From Myxococcota bacterium (GTDB lineage Bacteria; Myxococcota_A; SURF-8; G963663525): DNA of 64,000 nt. The stretch lies in the NCBI GenBank assembly GCA_963676915.2, contig CAXXVK010000057.1, positions 9,441 through 73,440 of the forward strand, written 5' to 3'. The first letter of the stretch is position 1. Each line of letters begins with the position of its first letter. Below are positions 59,169 to 64,000 of the stretch, piece by piece. The notes under the pieces are model-generated. The model did not search any database. It saw nothing but the letters and a program-made list of their open reading frames with translations, and was not told the origin of the DNA. The position numbers and the translations under genes were made by a program.

Positions 59169-60102
59169 TTACCAGTCGGAGTTCGGTGTTTTCGCGGTGT
59201 TACGCGGCTTTTCCGGGGTAGGCAACAGGGTTTCGACGAACCGTTCGGGATCTACAGCCTTGTTGTCGAGCGTGATCTTGAAATGGACGTGCGGACCGGT
59301 GGAGCGTCCGGTACTTCCCAGAAGTCCGATGGGCCAGCCTTTGCCGATCTCGACGCCTGGGACGGTCAACACTTCGTCGAAATGGCAATAAATCGTTTTG
59401 AATCCGTTGCGATGGTCGATGGCGACGAGTTTGCCGCAGCGGTCGTTGTAATCCACGGCGATGACCTTGCCACGCTCGGGAGAAACAACCAGCGTTCCCC
59501 GCTCGGCAGCCAGATCGACGCCATCGTGAAAAGCCCGCTGTCCGGTAAACGGATCTTGGCGCATCCCGTAGGGCGATGTCACTTCGAAATGGTCCAAAGG
59601 CCAACGAAACATGAAAAAATCGGTCGAAAGATTCGGTGGAATGCCGGGCTGAACCGGCGGCAGTCGCTCGGCGGTGCGGACCTCCACCGGCATCCTGCGC
59701 CGCAGAATTTCCCGGTTGATGTCGCTGTCGAGTTGCAACAGATCCTGACGCAAATCTTCCCGGACACCGCTATAATACCGAAGCGCCATATTCAGCATCC
59801 GATTGAGTCGTTTTTTCATGGATACGAGTTCAACTACGTTCCGGCTGTCCTTGTTTTCTCAGCACGTTCAGGTGGTTGTGAACCGCCTCCATCATCTGCT
59901 TCCAATGGGTTTGCTCGGCCACGGACATTCGGCGACCCGAAAGCGCCGGGTCCGGGACGTCCTCCGTGGTACGGATCGACTCGCCCATCACGTTCAGGTC
60001 GTTATCGTCGGATGTCGTTCGCGAATCAGGGGTGCTGGCACAGGAGCATAACCCTATGAAACTCCAGAAGAAAACCGCCCACAGGAGAAACGGAGTCTTC
60101 AT
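59169..60102 (-). CDS. M23 family metallopeptidase lipoprotein, apparently split by one frameshift near 59855
   Basis: VTSPYG, HDGVD, YCH and STGPHVH motifs in 59169..59819; the upstream ORF 59830..60102 has a signal peptide/lipobox; removing one A from AGAAAAC joins the two frames. Confidence 0.8.
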
Positions 60103-60965
60103 CGCGTCTCCTTCGGGATTTCGTCTTCCTGCTCCTCGTCCTCCTGCTCTTCTTCCTCTGACTGGGACTCTCCCCGCATGGCGTAAATCAGGCGTCCCAC
60201 CAGAATTCCCGCTTCATACAGCAACATCAGCGGAATACCGAGACTCAGTTGCGTCCAGGGGTCCGGGGGCGTAAGAACGGCTGCAAAGACGAAAATCCCC
60301 ACTACCGCCAACGGACGCCATTTGGCGAACTGCTGCGGCGAGACGATGCGCATGGCGGACAGAGCCACCATAAACAGCGGCGATTCGAAGGCCAGCCCGA
60401 AGGCCAGCAGGAATCGGGCCGTGAAGTCGATGTGTTCCTTAAGCGAGATCTGCAGCATGTCGCCCTGACCCTCGCCGGAGAGCAACAGGGCACTCAACCC
60501 GCCATCTCCTCCCGAAAGGCTGTATTCGACGAAAAACTTAAAGCCGAAGGGCATCACGGCGAAATAGCAAAACGCCACGCCACCGAAAAACAGAACCGTC
60601 GCTGCTAAAAGAAACGGAAACACGAAGCGGCGTTCGTTACGATACAACCCCGGAGCAATGAACATCCACGCCTGATACAGCACGGCGGGAGACGCCAGAA
60701 ACAGCGCTCCGTAAAACGCCAGTTTCAGGTGCACCACGAACTTATCCATCACCCGCAGCAGGATCGTGTATCGAACCGCTTCGGGCAAAGCATCCACCAG
60801 CGGCTTTTTCAGTAAGTACAGGATATCGTGACGGAAAAACCAGGAGATGGCGAACATCAGCGCGATGGCCAAAAGGCTGTAAATCAATCGCTGGCGCAAC
60901 TCGCCTAAGTGCTCGATAAAGGTCTGCGGCTCCCCCGCCTGGATTTCCGGCTCCCGCTCGTCCAT
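60099..60965 (-). CDS. tatC: Twin-arginine translocase subunit TatC
   Basis: HLGELRQRL, FIAPGLY, FGLAFE and LTPPDP motifs. Confidence 0.96.
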   Translation of the reverse strand: MDEREPEIQAGEPQTFIEHLGELRQRLIYSLLAIALMFAISWFFRHDILYLLKKPLVDALPEAVRYTILLRVMDKFVVHLKLAFYGALFLASPAVLYQAWMFIAPGLYRNERRFVFPFLLAATVLFFGGVAFCYFAVMPFGFKFFVEYSLSGGDGGLSALLLSGEGQGDMLQISLKEHIDFTARFLLAFGLAFESPLFMVALSAMRIVSPQQFAKWRPLAVVGIFVFAAVLTPPDPWTQLSLGIPLMLLYEAGILVGRLIYAMRGESQSEEEEQEDEEQEDEIPKETR

Positions 60966-61360
60966 CAATCGCCCTTGGGTTTGGCCTGCGATTCCGGCGC
61001 GTTATCGCCGTTTTCAGCGGGAACATGGTAATCGGGCACGGTGTCATCGACAACGGTGTCATCGGCAACCGTGTCATCAAGTACCGTGTCGGCATCAGCA
61101 CCGTTTGGCGTCATTTGGGAAGTGGGTTCAGGCTCATCAGCCTTCACCGAGGCTTCGGGATGAAGAATGGCGTCCTTCAGCGGACGGGTCACCTGTTCCA
61201 CCGGTTCCTCGATGCTCGACCGCAACTGGTCCGCCGCACCCCGGAATTCCCGCATTCCCTTACCCAAAGAACGAGCGATTTCAGGGAGTTTCTGCGGACC
61301 GATGAAAATCAGCGCCACCACGAGGATCACAAGAATTTCCCACATTCCAAGCCCGAACAC
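60965..61360 (-). CDS. tatB: Twin-arginine translocase TatB/TatA subunit
   Basis: MFGLGMWEILVILVVALIFIGPQKLPEIARSLGKGMREFR; directly upstream of tatC. Confidence 0.85.
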   Translation of the reverse strand: MFGLGMWEILVILVVALIFIGPQKLPEIARSLGKGMREFRGAADQLRSSIEEPVEQVTRPLKDAILHPEASVKADEPEPTSQMTPNGADADTVLDDTVADDTVVDDTVPDYHVPAENGDNAPESQAKPKGD

Positions 61361-61369
61361 GGCATTACC

Positions 61370-63943
61370 TCAAAATTCAGAGTCGAAAAAGATGTCTTCC
61401 TCGCTGCCCTCGATCCCGAAATCATCCATCTCGTCGGGCTTTTTACCCCAACGGAACGGCGCATTGACCGACACCGGCGTGCTTTCCGTCGCCGTACGGC
61501 CCGTTTTGGCGTTGACCTCGATCCACTGGATGCCGTCCGCCGTCTTCGGAAACTCCTCGGCGGGCAGACCGTCGAGGGCGTGTTCCATGAAATCGATCCA
61601 GATCGGCAACGCGGCGCGAGCGCCGTCCTCGCCTCGACCCAACGGGCGGTCATTGCTGTCATGCCCGATCCAGGCGCTGGCAACGAGGTGCGGCGTAAAG
61701 CCCGTGAACCAGGCGTCGTAGGAATTGTTCGTCGTGCCGGTTTTACCCGCCAGTGGCCGGTTAAGGCTCAACGCCCGTTGTCCGGTTCGGCTCGTACCAC
61801 CTCGCGAAGCAGCCATTGCATGATGAACCCAACCGTACCGTCAAGCAACCGTTCACGTTCGACGTGTACTTCCCGGTACATTTTATCCAGTTTTTCGGGA
61901 ACGTCCAGCGATACGTCGTAATAGGTTCGGTAGTCGTAGGGGTTACCCTCGTCGTCGGTTAAAATTTCGCCGTTGCGGTCGATGATATGCGTCACGTACA
62001 ATGTGCGCGGCTTGAGTCCACCCAACGCTATCGTCGCGAAAGCATTGAGCAATTCCTCCTGGCTGACGCAGGCCGATCCTAAAAGATGCTCAGATCGTCC
62101 GGGATCGGCGAGGTGATGCCCAACCGCCGAGCCATGTCGATCACCCGTGCCGTTCCGATCTTCGCCCCAGTTTTGATAGCCGGGATGTTGATCGAGTTGA
62201 CCAGCGCGTACCTGAGTGAAACTTCTCCCTGAAAACCGGAGGAATTTCCGGGCTTCCAGCGCAGATCCTCATCTTCGGTGACGATTGGAGCGTCCAGCAG
62301 GATACTGGAAACGGTCATGCCGGATTCCAGCGCAGCGGAATAAAGAATGGGTTTGAAGTTCGAACCGGGTTGGCGGCATCCTTGGATGGCGCGGTTGAAC
62401 TCGCTACGCTCGTAGGTGGTTCCGCCGACCATCGCGACGGTGTACCCCGACTCCGGGTCTTTGGCCAAAAACGAGGCTTGCGCGGCGGTGTATTCGGCCT
62501 CGGGGTTTTCTTCGGCCATCCAGTCGGCGTCCACCGGGTCTTGTTCCAGATCCCAGATCAACTTTTCGGGATCGACGGCCTCGTCTTTGCGCCAGTCATT
62601 CTGTTCGTCCTGCAATCCTTTCCAGTCGGTCGGGCGGACTTTCACGACGTAACCCGGTTTAAGTACCTGAGACACTTTTCGCGGGCGATCCTGGATCATT
62701 TTCAGCCACGAACGCGGGGTTCGCGCCCAGTACAAGGCATCCAACGGCAGACGCGCCGCCACGGACCCCACCTGCACGGTGGCGTACTTTTTCGCGTCGT
62801 TCACCTCGGTGACCAATCCGTAAAACATCCGGTTACGGTATAGTTCGGGTTCGCCATGCAAAGCACTGTAATTCTTATGGTATTGTTCCCATTGATCTTT
62901 CGGGACCGTAGCCACCGGCGCTTTGAAACCCTGACGGCGTCCCAGGCGACGAATGCCGTATTCGATGGCGTCCTGCGCAGCCTTCTGGGCATCCAGAATG
63001 ACGGTGGTGTAAATCTGCAAGCCTTCCTCATACAGCCTTTTCGTTCCTAACTCCTCAACAAGCTGCTTGCGGACCTGCTCGGAGAAAAACGGGGCCGTAT
63101 CGAGAAATACGTTGGGCTGGTGCTTGTAAACAAGTTTGGCTTCTTTGGCCAGATCGTATTCGTTACGAGTGATGTAGTGGTCTTCGAGCATCCGACCCAA
63201 CACGTAAAGTTGCCTATTGCGGGCTTTTTTCGGATGCAACAGGGGGGTGTTTTCGCCGGGGGCTTTGGGAAGCCCGGCCAGCATCGCCGATTCGGCCAGG
63301 TTGAGTTCCAGACGTTTTTCCCAAAATAGGTCTTGGCGGCCTGTTGCACGCCGTAGGAACCGTGACCCAAATAGACCTGATTCAGGTACATCCAGAGGAT
63401 TTCTTCTTTTTTCGCACTTCGGTTCGATCACAAATACCGAGGCCAACGCTTCCAGCATTTTTTTCTTCATGCCTCGGGATACGTCGTCGAGCAACAATCC
63501 GCGTGAAAGCTGCATGGTGATCGTGCTGGCGCCTTCCAAGCCGCTTTTTCCGCTCAATTTACGTTTGACGTTGGCGAGAGCCGCCCGCAGGATGCCTTTG
63601 GGGTCCACACCGAAATGGGAAAAGAAATACTGGTCCTCGGCGGCTACAAAAGAGAGAAGCGTCAGCCGGGGAATGTTTTCGTAGGGAACGATCGTTCGTT
63701 CACGCTGCGTTCGTTGGTCAGTTCGGCGATCAACGTACCGTCCGCCGAATACAACTGGCCGTGCAGGATGGGTTTGTAATCCTCGACACCGTTAAACGGC
63801 GGAAGATCCTGAAACAAATAAAACAGGTAGCCGGTAAGGATCGCCGATCCCAAAATTCCGGCGCCGACGGCGGCCCAGAACAGGCGCAGAATCAACGTAA
63901 GCCAACCGGGACGATTTTTGCGTGCTTGTGTCATGCTTTGCAT
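61370..63943 (-). pseudogene. mrcA: Penicillin-binding protein 1A, interrupted by at least five frameshifts (possible assembly errors)
   Basis: AAEDQYF, GASTITMQL, YLNQVYLGHGSYG, RQPGSNFKP (SxxK), SIN (SxN) and GKTGT motifs, spread over ORFs 63662..63943, 63047..63391, 62079..63608, 61768..62052 and 61370..61816. Confidence 0.88.
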
Positions 63944-64000
63944 GGGATGGTCCGTAAGCCTCGATTCAGTTGCTTCGTATCCGTGTCCGTTTCGACACGA

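Overview
A GC-rich bacterial chromosome segment, probably from a Myxococcota-like or deltaproteobacterial organism. That assignment is inferred from Cys/Asp-rich lipoproteins, a MYXO-CTERM-like tail and a kinase-FGE fusion. Housekeeping genes present: manB, prfB with its +1 frameshift, queD, dnaK, sat, glyQ/glyS, rmlC, tatB/tatC, a PBP1A gene broken by at least five frameshifts, and tRNA-Phe. There are also several giant exported Cys-rich or acidic proteins, including a ~1660-aa lipoprotein that combines a papain-like peptidase, 52-aa Cys repeats and two FGE/CLec domains. The main accessory locus (about 13.7-16.6 kb) is a decayed island at the 3' end of tRNA-Phe. It holds an orphan Rhs C-terminal toxin with a probable immunity gene, an IS630 remnant and a truncated tyrosine integrase. 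Three of its fragment junctions fall on GTAG-type REP hairpins or their spacer, and a 35-bp REP-derived direct repeat brackets the toxin cassette. The intergenic DNA carries at least four short-palindrome (REP/REPIN) families, two MITEs flanking a stand-alone sulfur-oxidiser-like sat, and one intact IS4 element with 9-bp target duplications. No CRISPR array, rRNA, reverse transcriptase or RAYT gene was seen. All protein calls come from motif recognition by eye; no database searches were run.
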